The notes under the pieces were generated by a model that worked only from the letters and a program-made list of their open reading frames with translations, had not been told where the DNA came from and ran no database searches. 64,000 bases of DNA from positions 1,216,001 through 1,280,000 of the forward strand of contig OZ252239.1 in NCBI GenBank assembly GCA_965249485.1. Reading direction: 5' to 3'. Shown piece after piece: positions 1 to 10,777 of the stretch. This DNA is from a bacterium. GTDB lineage: Bacteria > SM23-31. Each line of letters starts with the position of its first letter. Within the stretch, counting starts at the first letter, position 1. The translations under genes were made by a program, and so were the position numbers.

Positions 1-778
1 ATTCATAAAAGAATAGAATACAAAGACCGACAATAATAATTAATGCTGAATAATGAAACTTTTCGCGGGTGTCTAATTGTTCTTGAATTCTTTCAAGATC
101 GGGTTTGAATTTGCCCGACATGTTTCTCTGGATATACGTTTTATAATACTCAACAATAAACCGCTCCAGACCAAAATTCATACACATGAGAATACCGAGC
201 GATGTTGGACCAAATAGATAAAACAGAAAGAAAAAAGGACTGAGCACGACCGGGGATTTTTGGAACTTTAAAATTTTAAAACCCTCGAATGGTGCATCTT
301 TATATGCTCCGCCTATCGAAACAAGCATTCCAGCAGCATACGAAACAAGAAAAAATTGCAGTGCAGTGGTGATCGTTGTATCAACGAAAATGAGCAAAAA
401 TGGTCCGAGAATAAGGCAGACTCCCACACTTTTTCTAAGAAGATCGTTAGCCACATAAGAACCGAAAAATGTTATTCTAGAAGGAACGAAATATTTTGCC
501 TGATCTTCTGTGCGGAAAAAACCTTTATAGAATTCCGCTATTGCTCGTTCCATACCCATCGTCAAAAAGAAAATCTGGAAGAAATTGAGCGAGGATATCC
601 GCTCCCAAAAGACCGGGCACGTATAAAGCATGAGAAAGATCACCACATTAAAATAGATGCTGCGGGGGAAAGTTTTCTTTTTGAACCCTTCATAAGGACA
701 GTCTTTAAAAGCACCCCAAAGAGATGTATACAATCCCGAAATCGAGCTGACAACGAGCGATAGTACAATAGATGTCAT
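1..778 (-). CDS. Uncharacterised multi-pass membrane protein with a two-fold internal repeat (3' end runs off the window; absent from the ORF track)
   Basis: Manual translation from ATG at 778 is open to position 1 (MTSIVLSLVVSSISGLYTSLWGAFKDCPYEGF...). Repeated motifs WGAFKDCPYEGF/GGAYKDAPFEGF and MGMERAIAEFYK/FGLERFIVEYYK; several hydrophobic segments. Confidence 0.75.
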   Translation of the reverse strand, partial: MTSIVLSLVVSSISGLYTSLWGAFKDCPYEGFKKKTFPRSIYFNVVIFLMLYTCPVFWERISSLNFFQIFFLTMGMERAIAEFYKGFFRTEDQAKYFVPSRITFFGSYVANDLLRKSVGVCLILGPFLLIFVDTTITTALQFFLVSYAAGMLVSIGGAYKDAPFEGFKILKFQKSPVVLSPFFFLFYLFGPTSLGILMCMNFGLERFIVEYYKTYIQRNMSGKFKPDLERIQEQLDTREKFHYSALIIIVGLCILFFYE

Positions 779-813
779 AAACAATTCATTCCGTCAATGT
801 GTAAAGTGAACAG

Positions 814-849
814 AAAAAAGGGTGCTCATTTTTGATAATGTGTACCCTT
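814..849 (-). terminator. Possible intrinsic terminator downstream of the cNMP-binding gene
   Basis: Minus strand reads AAGGGTACACATT...AATGAGCACCCTT-TTTT, an imperfect stem followed by a U tract. Confidence 0.4.
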
Positions 850-942
850 ATATCGATGATTTTTCAGGAACAGAGGGACCTTGATTGAGTAACTGGTTAA
901 ACAAATGGTGTATGCGGCAATGTGTTATCCGCTGCTCCTCCC

Positions 943-1449
943 TTACATGTGATGCTGTTTGATTTTTCTTATTTCCTCATACATGTGACAGATTCTATTG
1001 AGTATTGTATTGGAAGAATTAGGAAGAAATTTTGTGCATATTGCGGGATAATTATTAAGAATATTCAAAAAATCGGGCCGGAATAGACAGAGCACTTCAC
1101 TATGTTCAATGGCGACTACCGATGCTGTTCGCTGCCTGGCTTTTAAAAGGGTCAATTCACCGAAAAATGAACCCCCAGACATTTTTACAAGTTCTATTTG
1201 CCTACCCTTGACAGTTTTAGATACTTTAATCTCTCCGGAATGTACTAAATAGAGTCCGGTTGCCGCATCTCCCTCGTTGACAATGATCTCTCCCGCTCTG
1301 AAACGTCTTCTGTATACATTGCGCTCGATAATAGAAGCCTCAAGAGGTGAAAGAGACTTGAATATCTCGAAGCGTAAAATATCACTTGAGTGATTGGTTT
1401 CGGTTTGATTTTTCTTTTTGCGATGCAATATGAGCGGATTATGAACCAT
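943..1449 (-). CDS. Cyclic nucleotide-binding domain protein (Crp-like, no C-terminal HTH)
   Basis: GEIIVNEGD..GLYLVHSGEIKV..GSFFGELTLL..RTASVVA cNMP motif. ATG at 1449 has a GGAG Shine-Dalgarno upstream. Confidence 0.85.
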   Translation of the reverse strand: MVHNPLILHRKKKNQTETNHSSDILRFEIFKSLSPLEASIIERNVYRRRFRAGEIIVNEGDAATGLYLVHSGEIKVSKTVKGRQIELVKMSGGSFFGELTLLKARQRTASVVAIEHSEVLCLFRPDFLNILNNYPAICTKFLPNSSNTILNRICHMYEEIRKIKQHHM

Positions 1450-1910
1450 TACTATACTCCGGGCAAACGATAAATATTTAGTGATCATTCAGCAGGTGAT
1501 TTGCTTGTAGTGTCCCGTTATTGCCTTATCCTCGATTGTCTCTAAGTCAATAATGTAAAAAAATAAGTTTCAGAAATGAAATAAATTTTTTCCTCAATGT
1601 CAAAAGGAGTTTTCGGAAAAATTCAGAATGAATTCTCGGTAAATAATTTATGTATAACTCTGCACATCAGATGTGCTTAACGATAGATGGGACAGTAATA
1701 TTCGGTGCATTCCTGCAGTAAAAATTTATATGAATATGTTAATTACTTGTTAAACTTGTATATTAGAACCCCTATTATGTGATAGTTCATGTATAAAACT
1801 GTTGTAAATGGCTTAACAAATTATTATAATCGAATAAATATAGTTGCGAACGTATTCTTAGCTATATGTTTTAAGGTCATACAGTGGATTCGATTATTCG
1901 AGGATAAATC

Positions 1911-2364
1911 ATGAACAAAAAAACGTTTCTTGTTGCTGATGATGATGACCAGTTTCGGCTTCTTATGGAAGAAATATTGATTAAGATTTTCACCGATGAA
2001 GAGATAAGAGTGCTTCATGCCAGTAATGGTATGGAAGCAATCAAAATTTTTGAAAAATTGCCTTAATAGCAACGATCCTATTGATGTCGTCATTACCGAT
2101 TATGCAATGCCGGAAGCAACTGGGAGCGATGTCATTATCAATATAATTAATAAACATCCGACTCCCATTGTTGTTGTGAGTGCGGTTCCTGAAGCGCATG
2201 ATCACGATTTTATTCAAGAAGGCGCGATCTATTTTCTGCCGAAACCGTTTGATATCGACACTGCTAAAAACGTAATGGATACCGCAATTGCGATGAAAAT
2301 TGATCAGGGTGATATTGACAAAGCAATTGAAGCAATAGACCGTTTGAAAAGTCTTTACGCATGA
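1911..2364 (+). CDS. Single-domain response regulator (receiver); frameshifted in this sequence at the A-run 2053-2057
   Basis: ATG at 1911 after AGGA gives MNKKTFLVADDDDQFR..ASNGMEAIKIFE, then TAA at 2064. Removing one A joins it to DVVITDYAMPEATG..VVVSA..FLPKPF. All receiver motifs are present across the join. Confidence 0.8.
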
Positions 2365-4628
2365 CATTTTTACAATCATTTATTCTATTTGGTTTATGTG
2401 CAGTTATCCTCCCGCTCCTAATTCACCTCCTCAATATCAGAAAGAAAGAACGGATCCCGTTCAGTTCTCTTTATTTTCTTCGGCTCATTGAGAGCAAAAA
2501 AATTAAACGGCTGAAACTCAAGCAAATCCTGCTTCTGCTTATCAGAATGGCGATAATTGCATTTCTGGTCACGGCTTTCGCCCGGCCTGCGGTTGTGGTT
2601 GGCCCCTTTTCCGGTTATTCCGAAAACGCAAAGATTGCCGCAGTTATTGTTGTAGACAACTCACTGAGTACATCATTTGTGCAGGATGATCAGCCATTAT
2701 TCGAGCAAATACGAAGCAATGCACTCCAAGTTCTTGATACATTTAAGGACGGGGATGAACTTTATCTGCTTTTTTCAACAGATTTTTTGAATATTCCTAC
2801 AGGAAATCCAGTATTGCCGCAGTCATTTGAAAATACAGCTGAACAATCCGCCACTTCCAATAATGTTTCCGATATACATAGCAATATTCAAGCCGATTAT
2901 TCGAAAGAGCCGGTGCAGTACCGTATTGAAAATGCCCGGATTGTAAAGAAAGAGGGGAACTTGACTCGCGCAGTTGCTACAGGAAGAACTTTGCTGCAGG
3001 AAAGCTCACATCTTATCCGAGAGATCTTTGTGGTGTCGGATATGCAGGCATCAAATTTTTACCAAGACGGCAATAATACAGTACCGGTCGGAGTCCCTAT
3101 TCAATCCGAATCGGGTAACACAGATACTCAAGTACAAAGTATGGATGATACACCACCGGTACAGCTAATATTTATCGAAGTAGGAGACGATGTCCGAGAG
3201 AACTTCGGTATCACACATATTGCATTTGAAGACCAGATTGTCGAACAAAACAAAGAATTGCGTGTCAGAATGACAGCAGGCCGATTCAGCAGTGGATCGG
3301 ACGTTGAAGCAGATCGGTTAATCAACCTCTACCTGAATGGCAAACGGATCGCACAGAAAAGTGTGAAATTTACGGGAAATGAAATAATAACAAGTGAATT
3401 TCGATTCGTACCTGAATCCACAGGAATAATTGATGGAATGATTGAGATTGAAGAAGACAGGATGACCAGTGATAACCGCAGGCACTTTGTGGTTAATATT
3501 CCTCCAGCGGTATCTGTTCTTCTTGTCAACGGGAGTGGCACAATTCCGGACTTTCTTGAATCGGTCTATTCATCTGATCTTATACAGGAATTACTACTCC
3601 GGTCAATTTCAGAGTCACAGATGTCTACTGTTGAGTTCCGCGATTTCGATAGTGTCATATTGAACGGTGTGTCGCGGTTTACCAATGCCGATATCTACAG
3701 AATCAGAAATTTCTGCGCCGGTGGGGGAGGCGTCGTCATATTTCCCGGACGGGAAACCGATCTCGATTCATTCAACAAATATTTGGCGGGACCCTTCTCG
3801 TTACCCACAGCAACCGGATATTCCGGAGATTTTTTGCAGAGCAGCTTGACCGGTTCGAGTTATTTCACTTTAGAGTCGGTTCAATATACACATCCCATTT
3901 TTCACAACATGTTTCAAGAAGAGAATCCGGAACCTGATTTGCCGTTTATTTACAGAGCTATCGATTTGAACATAACAGATCCTATCCGGACACGCAGTAT
4001 AATGTCGATGTCAAATAATCGTCCGTTCTTAACCGAAACAGACGTAGAAATGGGTACAATTATTCTCTTTTCAAGTGCTCCATCTTTAGCTTGGAATTCA
4101 TTTCCGGTACAGGGGCTGTTTGCTCCATTGATGTACCGGTTGGTCAATTATGTTTCACGTCCCGAATCCGGACAACTTGAATCAAATGAAGTAGGTGAGC
4201 AGGTTACATTAATGTTCAGAGAAAGTCCGGACGATATTGTCATTAAATCACCGATCAGTGAATTATTTAAAGAACAGCCTATGGTGACATCAGAAGCATA
4301 CACTATCGATTTTTCAGACACGGATGAACAAGGTATATATACACTTCTCGATGGAGAAAGTACCTTGCAGAAGTTTGCTGTTAATGCTTCTCCGAAAGAG
4401 TCGGATACTAATCCTTTGAATGAATCTGATTTGGAACAATTTTTTAGTAGCAAACCCTATAGAGTTTGGGATGGAGAAGAAGATATTGCCGAAAAGATAC
4501 GAGAATCCCGGTCAGGATTTGAAGTTTCTCATTATGTCATAGCATTGGTTCTGCTATTGTTGCTCATGGAAACATTGCTTCAGCATGAACGGAAACGGGG
4601 AGAACCTGATGAAATCCAAGGTGTATAA
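2361..4628 (+). CDS. BatA-domain / vWA membrane-anchored protein
   Basis: N-terminal BatA motif (MTFL..PLLIHLL..PFSSLYFL..LLLLIRM..AFARP), vWA-like VDNSLS and VSDMQ, C-terminal TM helix. ATGA overlap with the upstream regulator. Confidence 0.8.
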   Translation: MTFLQSFILFGLCAVILPLLIHLLNIRKKERIPFSSLYFLRLIESKKIKRLKLKQILLLLIRMAIIAFLVTAFARPAVVVGPFSGYSENAKIAAVIVVDNSLSTSFVQDDQPLFEQIRSNALQVLDTFKDGDELYLLFSTDFLNIPTGNPVLPQSFENTAEQSATSNNVSDIHSNIQADYSKEPVQYRIENARIVKKEGNLTRAVATGRTLLQESSHLIREIFVVSDMQASNFYQDGNNTVPVGVPIQSESGNTDTQVQSMDDTPPVQLIFIEVGDDVRENFGITHIAFEDQIVEQNKELRVRMTAGRFSSGSDVEADRLINLYLNGKRIAQKSVKFTGNEIITSEFRFVPESTGIIDGMIEIEEDRMTSDNRRHFVVNIPPAVSVLLVNGSGTIPDFLESVYSSDLIQELLLRSISESQMSTVEFRDFDSVILNGVSRFTNADIYRIRNFCAGGGGVVIFPGRETDLDSFNKYLAGPFSLPTATGYSGDFLQSSLTGSSYFTLESVQYTHPIFHNMFQEENPEPDLPFIYRAIDLNITDPIRTRSIMSMSNNRPFLTETDVEMGTIILFSSAPSLAWNSFPVQGLFAPLMYRLVNYVSRPESGQLESNEVGEQVTLMFRESPDDIVIKSPISELFKEQPMVTSEAYTIDFSDTDEQGIYTLLDGESTLQKFAVNASPKESDTNPLNESDLEQFFSSKPYRVWDGEEDIAEKIRESRSGFEVSHYVIALVLLLLLMETLLQHERKRGEPDEIQGV

Positions 4629-4659
4629 TACTTAGTAGAACGATGTAAGGCAGTTTCCA

Positions 4660-5934
4660 ATTTACGAAACAGAACAGAAAAAAGAACGTGTTGCCATTGT
4701 CGGCACATCCGGACGCGGACAGACGCAGGCCGATACTGAAGAAACGCTGAGAGAATTGGCGCTTCTCGTTGAGTCAGCCGGAGCAGAGGTCCGAAAACAT
4801 TACATCCAGAATCTTAAGGATTTTGATCCTGCATTCTTTGTCGGAAAAGGGAAAGCAAAACAGATTGCGGAAGACATTGACGGCATTGGAATCGATTCTG
4901 TTGTTTTCGATGATGATTTATCTCCGGTACAGATGAAAAATCTTGGGAAGATTACCGGTAAAAAAATCATAGACCGTACAGGTTTGATTCTTGAAATATT
5001 CGCACAAAATGCCCGGACGCATGAGGCTAAAATTCAGGTAGAACTTGCTCAGCTACAATATCTGTTGCCGCGATTGACACGCCAATGGCTCCATCTTGAA
5101 CGTCAGGTGGGAGGTATTGGTGTCAGGGCCGGAATGGGAGAAACTCAGCTCGAAATCGACCGAAGACTGGTCAGAACAAAAATTAAACAGCTCAAAAAAG
5201 AACTACATAATATCGATAATCAAAGAGATGTCCGGAACAAAAAACGGTTAGGGTTTTTTAAGGCAACACTCATAGGTTATACCAATGCAGGAAAATCGAC
5301 TCTGTTTAATGCTCTGATTCCCGAACAAAGCAAAGGGGTCATGGTTGCCGACAGACTTTTTGCTACACTCGATTCAACAATTCGCAGGCTCGATATTGAC
5401 AATCATCAGGTTATCCTGCTCGCAGATACTGTCGGATTTATACGAAAACTTCCCCATAATCTTATAGCTTCGTTTAGAAGCACCTTCAGTGTAGTCAGTG
5501 ATGCCGATATTCTCCTCAATATTGTCGATATTAACCATCCCCGCTATGAAGAACATATCGAAGCTGTCCTTGGTGTACTCCATGAAATGGACCTTGATGC
5601 AAAACCTGTTATTACCGTATTTAACAAGATTGATCTTGTGAAAGACGACACCATCATCCGGAATATTCGGAAACTCTATCCAGATGCTCTTTTCGTCTCC
5701 GCGGGACGTGGCATTGGAATAAAAAATATTCTAAAGGATTTGTCACAGGCAGTGGTGAAAGATTTTTTGATTAAGGAAATTACTTTGCCTATACAAGACT
5801 CGCAGCGTTTAGCGAGTATTTATGACAAATACCAGGTCCTTGAACAAACCTATAATGGAAATTTCACAACGTTGAAGATTCGGGTGTCTCAGGAATATGC
5901 TGCTCAACTTGAATCTATGACTGTCGGAACATAA
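4660..5934 (+). CDS. hflX: Ribosome-splitting GTPase HflX (start uncertain; conserved N-terminus appears to begin at ATT 4660)
   Basis: GYTNAGKSTLFN, LFATLD, DTVGFI, FNKID motifs. The frame is open upstream of the TTG at 4756 as IYETEQKKERVAIVG. Confidence 0.92.
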   Translation: MYETEQKKERVAIVGTSGRGQTQADTEETLRELALLVESAGAEVRKHYIQNLKDFDPAFFVGKGKAKQIAEDIDGIGIDSVVFDDDLSPVQMKNLGKITGKKIIDRTGLILEIFAQNARTHEAKIQVELAQLQYLLPRLTRQWLHLERQVGGIGVRAGMGETQLEIDRRLVRTKIKQLKKELHNIDNQRDVRNKKRLGFFKATLIGYTNAGKSTLFNALIPEQSKGVMVADRLFATLDSTIRRLDIDNHQVILLADTVGFIRKLPHNLIASFRSTFSVVSDADILLNIVDINHPRYEEHIEAVLGVLHEMDLDAKPVITVFNKIDLVKDDTIIRNIRKLYPDALFVSAGRGIGIKNILKDLSQAVVKDFLIKEITLPIQDSQRLASIYDKYQVLEQTYNGNFTTLKIRVSQEYAAQLESMTVGT

Positions 5935-6049
5935 TGAAAATGTCGGAACTACGTACTATCCGTTATATGGGACGGAATAGTTAGTTGTAATTGCGTCGTC
6001 CATATCTATACTTTGCGTAAAATAAATAAAAAATTCATTCGAGTTGAAT

Positions 6050-7348
6050 ATGACTTTCCGTGAGGCTGTCCGGCACCTGAACTCCCGCCAGATGTTCGGA
6101 GTGAAACTCGGGCTTGAAAATATTAAAAATCTGCTTGCAAGGCTCGGGAATCCCGAAAAAAACTTCGATAGCGTTCATATTGCCGGTACAAACGGAAAAG
6201 GATCAACAGCGGCTATAATTGCCTCTGTCTTTGATGCACAAGGGTATGCCACCGGTCTCTATACATCACCTCATATTACTACGGTACGTGAGCGGTTTGC
6301 CGTTAATGGCCGGCTTATCTCCCTACATGAATTTGCGATTCTCTATGAAGAAATAGCGCAACACCTCGATGATATTCCGTGCACCTATTTTGAGTGTACG
6401 ACAGCGCTCGCGTTTCTCTATTTCAGCAGAAAAAAAGTTGAAAGAGCGGTAATTGAAGTCGGGCTTGGTGGCAGATTTGATGCAACCAATGTTTTGACGC
6501 CAGTCTGCTCGGTAATCACAAACATCGGTTTTGATCATGAACAGTATCTCGGAACGACACTCGGAGAAATTACCCGCGAAAAATGCGGAATCATCACAAA
6601 GGGTGTTCCGGTTGTTTCAGGAGTAAAGCAGAATGAGTGCCTGAAAATCATCCAACAGGAATCGAAAAAAAAAGAGTCAACGCTTTTTGAATCGGATGTG
6701 GTTGTAGATATCGACGATGTAAAGTCTACTATGCAGGGGTCAACATTTCATGTTAAATTATCCGGTACAATTCTTTCTAAATTGAATCTCTCACTACCTG
6801 GACTATTTCAGATCGAAAATGCCCGGACAGCGTTAACCGCACTCTATGTGATTGAACATTATACAGTTAAGAATGTTCATCGGGCAATCCGAACAGGGCT
6901 GAAGTCGGTAGTCTGGAATGAACGGTTTACACAGTATGGGCATGATCCGGCTTTACTTATTGATGTAACGCATAATGAAGCAGGATTTCAGGCAATGGCG
7001 GAGAATCTCCGGAATCTATTTCCGGGTCGGGATGTTATATTGGTCGTAGGGTTAAAAGAGGATAAAATCTGTCGAAACGTTTTAGCGTCGGTCCTGCCGT
7101 TTTGTAAGACCGGTATCGGAGTACCTGTCACAAACTCCACCCGAATTGAAACCGCACAAAAAAGCGCTTCTAAAAAACAATTGCGGGGACTGTTCGAAAA
7201 CACAAATATTCCATTCAGGTATTTCCCTACAGTCAGGTCGGGACTGCGGTTTGCAAAAAGTATTGCAAGCAAAGATGATGTTATTGTATGTACCGGCAGT
7301 CATTATACAATAGATACATTTAAAAAAGCGATAAAATCGCTTGACTAA
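6050..7348 (+). CDS. folC: Bifunctional folylpolyglutamate synthase / dihydrofolate synthase
   Basis: HIAGTNGKGST, GLYTSPH, EVGLGGRFDATN, GSHY motifs. Confidence 0.93.
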   Translation: MTFREAVRHLNSRQMFGVKLGLENIKNLLARLGNPEKNFDSVHIAGTNGKGSTAAIIASVFDAQGYATGLYTSPHITTVRERFAVNGRLISLHEFAILYEEIAQHLDDIPCTYFECTTALAFLYFSRKKVERAVIEVGLGGRFDATNVLTPVCSVITNIGFDHEQYLGTTLGEITREKCGIITKGVPVVSGVKQNECLKIIQQESKKKESTLFESDVVVDIDDVKSTMQGSTFHVKLSGTILSKLNLSLPGLFQIENARTALTALYVIEHYTVKNVHRAIRTGLKSVVWNERFTQYGHDPALLIDVTHNEAGFQAMAENLRNLFPGRDVILVVGLKEDKICRNVLASVLPFCKTGIGVPVTNSTRIETAQKSASKKQLRGLFENTNIPFRYFPTVRSGLRFAKSIASKDDVIVCTGSHYTIDTFKKAIKSLD

Positions 7349-7369
7349 AATGTATAATATATGTATCTT
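7341..7369 (+). promoter_or_regulatory. Sigma70-type promoter upstream of rho
   Basis: TTGACT-N17-TATCTT, about 230 nt before the rho ATG. Confidence 0.5.
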
Positions 7370-7596
7370 TAGCATGAAAGCTAAATATCCTTCCCGATAG
7401 ATCCTCAATATAGTAAATCTATATCGATCAACCTTTAATGAATACAAAGTGCGAAGAAGAGTAAGCAAAGGCATCGGTGCTGTCTTATGTTTTCAATAAG
7501 TTTATAAATAGATTGCGAAATAAGAGAAACTGAATTTCTCGATTGTAAAGTTTAAAATATATTATCCGAAGGTAGTCCTTCGAAGTGAGGTGTTGA

Positions 7597-8862
7597 ATGG
7601 TTGAACCAAAGAGCTTGGATATTGCTGAATTAAAGGAAAAGAAAATTGCTGAGCTTGCATCCGTAGCTAAGGGACTCCAAATCTCATCTATTGCAGGAAT
7701 GAGGAAACAGGAGCTAATATTCAAAATTCTTGAGGCACAAGCCAATAAGGATGGTCTTCTGTTTTCTGAAGGAGTCTTGGAGATTCTTCCTGATGGATAT
7801 GGATTTCTGCGGTCGACAAATTATAATTATCTTCCTGGTCCTGATGACATATATATATCACCGTCTCAGATTAAGAGATTCAACCTGAAAACAGGTGATA
7901 CTGTATCGGGGCAGATTCGTCCTCCAAAAGAAAATGAGCGGTTTTTTGCACTGCTTCGTGTCGAAGCAGTCAATTTTGAAAATCCTGAGGAAGCGAAAGA
8001 TAAGATATTTTTCGACAATCTTACTCCGCTTTACCCTAATGAAAAATTGACGCTTGAAAACGATACGGAAGATTATTCAACACGAATAATGGATCTGTTG
8101 ACGCCTATCGGTAAAGGACAGCGCGGTCTCATTGTAGCTCAGCCCAAGACCGGTAAAACCATGCTCCTGCAAAAAATTGCCAATAGTATTACTACAAACC
8201 AACCTGAAGTAGTTCTCATTGTGTTGCTGATAGATGAACGCCCCGAAGAAGTTACAGATATGCAGCGGTTGGTCAATGCCGAAGTAGTTAGCTCAACATT
8301 CGACGAACCGGCGGAACGCCATGTTCAAGTTGCCGATATGGTTCTTGAAAAAGCAAAACGTCTTGTAGAGCACAAACGGGATGTCGTGATATTGCTCGAT
8401 TCAATTACGAGGCTAGCACGTGCCCACAACTCGATTGTCCCGCACAGTGGAAAGATTCTCTCGGGTGGTGTCGATGCTAATGCACTCCATCGTCCGAAAC
8501 GGTTTTTTGGTGCGGCTAGAAATGTAGAAGAAGGGGGTAGTCTGACCATAATTGCTACCGCACTTATCGACACCGGAAGTAGAATGGATGAAGTTATCTT
8601 TGAAGAATTCAAGGGTACCGGTAACATGGAACTTGTGCTGGACAGGCGATTGAGTGACAGAAGAATATATCCATCGATCGACATCAATAAGTCGAGTACT
8701 CGAAAAGAAGAATTGCTGCTTGATGAAAGTGTACTTGCACGGGTCTGGTTGCTGAGAAAACTCCTTGCCGATATGGGGGAAATCGAATCAATGAATTTCC
8801 TTCTCGAAAAAATGGGGCTGACAAAATCGAATGTGAAATTCCTCGATTCGATGAATGAATAG
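7597..8862 (+). CDS. rho: Transcription termination factor Rho
   Basis: [42 protein letters not shown] motifs. Confidence 0.98.
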   Translation: MVEPKSLDIAELKEKKIAELASVAKGLQISSIAGMRKQELIFKILEAQANKDGLLFSEGVLEILPDGYGFLRSTNYNYLPGPDDIYISPSQIKRFNLKTGDTVSGQIRPPKENERFFALLRVEAVNFENPEEAKDKIFFDNLTPLYPNEKLTLENDTEDYSTRIMDLLTPIGKGQRGLIVAQPKTGKTMLLQKIANSITTNQPEVVLIVLLIDERPEEVTDMQRLVNAEVVSSTFDEPAERHVQVADMVLEKAKRLVEHKRDVVILLDSITRLARAHNSIVPHSGKILSGGVDANALHRPKRFFGAARNVEEGGSLTIIATALIDTGSRMDEVIFEEFKGTGNMELVLDRRLSDRRIYPSIDINKSSTRKEELLLDESVLARVWLLRKLLADMGEIESMNFLLEKMGLTKSNVKFLDSMNE

Positions 8863-8947
8863 CTCACATTTTCCTTGGAATCTTATGATTATTAGTTTAA
8901 ATTATTAAGCTTAGGTTAAAATGTTCAGACTTTAGGAGTAATATATT

Positions 8948-9178
8948 GTGAAAAAAGGTATTCATCCGGAATATAAACTGGGTACCGTATCATGTGCATG
9001 CGGCAGTGCATTTCAAATTCGGAGTACAGTGGGGGACTTGAAAGTAGAAATTTGTTCGATGTGCCACCCCTTCTTTACAAAAAAGCAAAAGTTGATTGAT
9101 ACAGCTGGCCGTGTTGAAAAGTATTTGAAAAAGTATGGCAAAGCTGTCGGTCAAGAAGCAACAACGGAAAAATCATAA
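8948..9178 (+). CDS. rpmE: 50S ribosomal protein L31 (Zn-binding C+ type)
   Basis: [38 protein letters not shown] before the GTG start. Confidence 0.96.
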   Translation: MKKGIHPEYKLGTVSCACGSAFQIRSTVGDLKVEICSMCHPFFTKKQKLIDTAGRVEKYLKKYGKAVGQEATTEKS

Positions 9179-9253
9179 AATCCCCGGTTTATTCATTAAA
9201 TCATGTTCTAAAGAACGTTTTCCTATCTGATACCTCAGGTAAACGGGCACCGT

Positions 9254-10255
9254 ATGTCAAATAAAGATGTCAACATGGGGGGACAAGCCGTTATCGAAGG
9301 TGTGATGATGCGGTCAGAAAAGTACATTTCTGTAGCTGTCCGTAAACCCGATGGAACAATTGCCATCAAAAGGGAAGAGAACCTGCCTTGGGGAAAACGA
9401 TCAAAATTATTCCGGTTCCCTTTTATTCGTGGTGGAATTGTGCTCATCGAATCACTCATTCATGGCACAAAAGCCCTTTCATGGTCTGCAGATGTAGCTG
9501 TAGAGAATGAAAACGACTCGAAAAAATCCCCACTTCAGGAACGGCACCCAATTTTAGCAAAACTTAGTACAATATTTACACTCCTCATAGGATTTTCTCT
9601 CGGTTTATTCCTTTTTTTCTGGCTCCCGCTTGTTTTTACTCAATGGATCGGATTTGAAACTGGATTCGGATTCAATCTGATAGACGGTCTCTTCAGATTG
9701 TTGATGTTTGGTTTCTATCTGGCGGTTATCTCGATGTGGGAAGAAATAAGAAGAATTTTTCAATATCATGGAGCTGAACATAAAAGTATCTATGCACTCG
9801 AAAATGATTGTTCTTTAACGATCGACGGAGCGCGTCCATTTACCACACTGCATCCGCGCTGCGGTACAAGTTTTCTTCTAATCGTAATGGTTGTAAGCAT
9901 TTTTGTGTTCATGTTTTTGGGCAAACCTGAAACCTATGCAGACCGTTTTATCCGGCTCCTTTTTGTGCCGGTTATTGGGGGGATATCATATGAATTTATC
10001 CGCTTATCCGGTAAACTCAGAGATAATAAAATTGCAAAAATATTTATACAACCCGGACTTTGGCTCCAGAAGGTAACAACGCGTGAACCGAGTGATGACC
10101 AGTTGGAAGTCGGTATTATTGCACTCAGAAGCGCTATGGGTGAATCGCTCAATCTTGAGAACATTGTACACTATACGCCAGATGGTCAAGTACGATCACG
10201 GGACACCTCCGGGCTTTCTGCCCTTGACGAGGAACTTACCGTCTCTTCCCAATAA
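9254..10255 (+). CDS. DUF1385 family membrane protein (putative metal-dependent enzyme)
   Basis: GGQAVIEGVMMR, FQYHGAEHK, LHPRCGTSF motifs; usual rpmE-DUF1385-prfA context. Confidence 0.9.
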   Translation: MSNKDVNMGGQAVIEGVMMRSEKYISVAVRKPDGTIAIKREENLPWGKRSKLFRFPFIRGGIVLIESLIHGTKALSWSADVAVENENDSKKSPLQERHPILAKLSTIFTLLIGFSLGLFLFFWLPLVFTQWIGFETGFGFNLIDGLFRLLMFGFYLAVISMWEEIRRIFQYHGAEHKSIYALENDCSLTIDGARPFTTLHPRCGTSFLLIVMVVSIFVFMFLGKPETYADRFIRLLFVPVIGGISYEFIRLSGKLRDNKIAKIFIQPGLWLQKVTTREPSDDQLEVGIIALRSAMGESLNLENIVHYTPDGQVRSRDTSGLSALDEELTVSSQ

Positions 10256-10777
10256 CAGATTGCTTCTTGCATTATATTTCCGCTTGGCAGATAATTTCCA
10301 AAAATCGACACTATATAGTTATGGAGTTGTCGTGTCTTCAAAATATCCTGGTGACATTGATGACTTATTACCTTAACGTCGAATTGATTTGAGAGAAGGA
10401 TACCAATTCCAACCCCTCTCAAGACGCTTTTCCGATCTGGTCCGGGCGCTTAAATGGAAATGATAAATTGGTTAATAATCAACTAATAATCTATCCGAAT
10501 CTTGTGCATGCACAAAAACTCTCATTTGAACGGAACAGAGCGCTCAATGCCAGATTAAGTTTTAATATGAAAAAAGTGCTCTATTACGAATTGTTTTCTG
10601 TCAAAGAATAGGACATTCAAGAGAAGTACATTGTTGAAAAAATGTGAAAAGGGGCCGGCAGACTGGCTTGATACGTTCATTGAGTGATTTTGACAATGCG
10701 TCTTGAATTCATACCAATAAAATGATATATTAATCGGAAGCATTTGAAATTGCAATATATGACAAAAAGGTACGACA

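Noticed and set aside
356..763. 135-aa plus-strand ORF
   Set aside because: It is antisense to a longer, motif-bearing membrane protein gene (778 to <1).
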